A stretch of DNA of 64,000 nucleotides from Dermatophilaceae bacterium. GTDB lineage: Bacteria > Actinomycetota > Actinomycetes > Actinomycetales > Dermatophilaceae. Both the position numbers and the translations under genes were made by a program. Of the stretch, positions 63,748-64,000 are shown in pieces. The stretch is from contig DAITND010000001.1 of assembly GCA_036834825.1 (NCBI GenBank), forward strand, positions 3,309 to 67,308. The letters are read 5' to 3'. The notes beneath the pieces are model-generated. The model was given only the letters and a program-made list of their open reading frames with translations, had not been told where the DNA came from and did no database searches. Every line of letters starts with the position of its first letter. Position 1 is the first letter of the stretch.

Positions 63748-64000
63748 TAGGGCCCCGAGCCGCTCATCGCGGCCGGGGACCTGTCCGAGGTTCATGTCCT
63801 TGGATCCTGGCAGTCCGAGGTCATCGGACCGCCGGTGTTGCCGACCGTGCCTGGTCGGGGATCAGCCGAAACCGTTGCGAAGGTTGCCATCGTGCAGCGT
63901 CTCGACAGAATCAAGATCTTTTTGGCGGACGACTGCCAGTCGGCCTTCAAGGACACCTCACGGAGTCTTTCCCGTCAGTGGTGCAGGATGAAGCTAGACA
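63748..64000 (+). pseudogene. Second CGNR zinc-finger copy, 5'-truncated and missing the first Cys; runs off the right edge
   Basis: AETVAKVAIVQRLDRIKIFLADDCQSAFKDTSRSLSRQWCRMKLD aligns with AAAKVAIETRIDRIKICPADDCRWAFYDTSRNRSRQWCSMQ of 62088..62606. In-frame stops at 63724 and 63745 leave no room for the N-terminal domain. Confidence 0.45.

Noticed and set aside
1-64000. Search for CRISPR arrays, rRNA, additional tRNAs, integrases/recombinases, restriction-modification or other defence-system signatures.
   Set aside because: No regularly spaced direct repeats were seen. There is no second T-loop-like GGTTCGA(A/G)TCC context beyond the tRNA-Leu. Apart from the IS5 remnant and the Mut7-C RNase, no recombinase, methylase or nuclease motifs were seen in the supplied translations.

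Overview
High-GC (roughly 68-70%) actinobacterial chromosomal segment; the exact taxon cannot be determined from the sequence alone. Most of the window is a conserved core block. Its order mirrors the M. tuberculosis Rv1606-Rv1633 neighbourhood: hisE-hisG, hisF, hisI-trpE-(Trp-operon membrane protein)-trpC-trpB-trpA, MauE/DsbA-like pair, lgt, gltB-gltD, pyk, tRNA-Leu(CAA), pdtaR-like ANTAR regulator, polA, rpsA, coaE(-GrpB fusion), uvrB and terC preceded by a yybP-ykoY-type Mn riboswitch. Many adjacent genes have overlapping stop/start codons, which suggests translational coupling. Three parts are not plain core. (i) Positions 1-9.4 kb form a gene-decay zone. It holds an internally deleted IS5-family transposase remnant, a truncated HD-GYP/LuxR regulator, an MFS half-gene, and a multiply disrupted AGPS-like FAD oxidase next to an intact diacylglycerol-kinase-like gene. 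It also holds an orphan Mut7-C RNase and a PASTA / PG-binding gene pair. (ii) A ~13 kb envelope-glycosylation island lies between polA and rpsA. It contains an AftD-like 1403-aa GT-C arabinofuranosyltransferase homologue, a DUF2613-like small protein, a GT4, two SAM methyltransferases, an acyltransferase-3, two large uncharacterised polytopic membrane proteins and a DUF3068 protein. (iii) The right end (62.6-64 kb) has an MBL-hydrolase remnant, an anti-sigma-like ATPase and a degenerate second CGNR zinc-finger copy. I found no CRISPR array, no rRNA, one tRNA, and no convincing defence or toxin system. The best candidate for poorly described biology is the AftD-like island. All calls come from reading the supplied translations and the sequence by eye; start codons are approximate and no database search was run.
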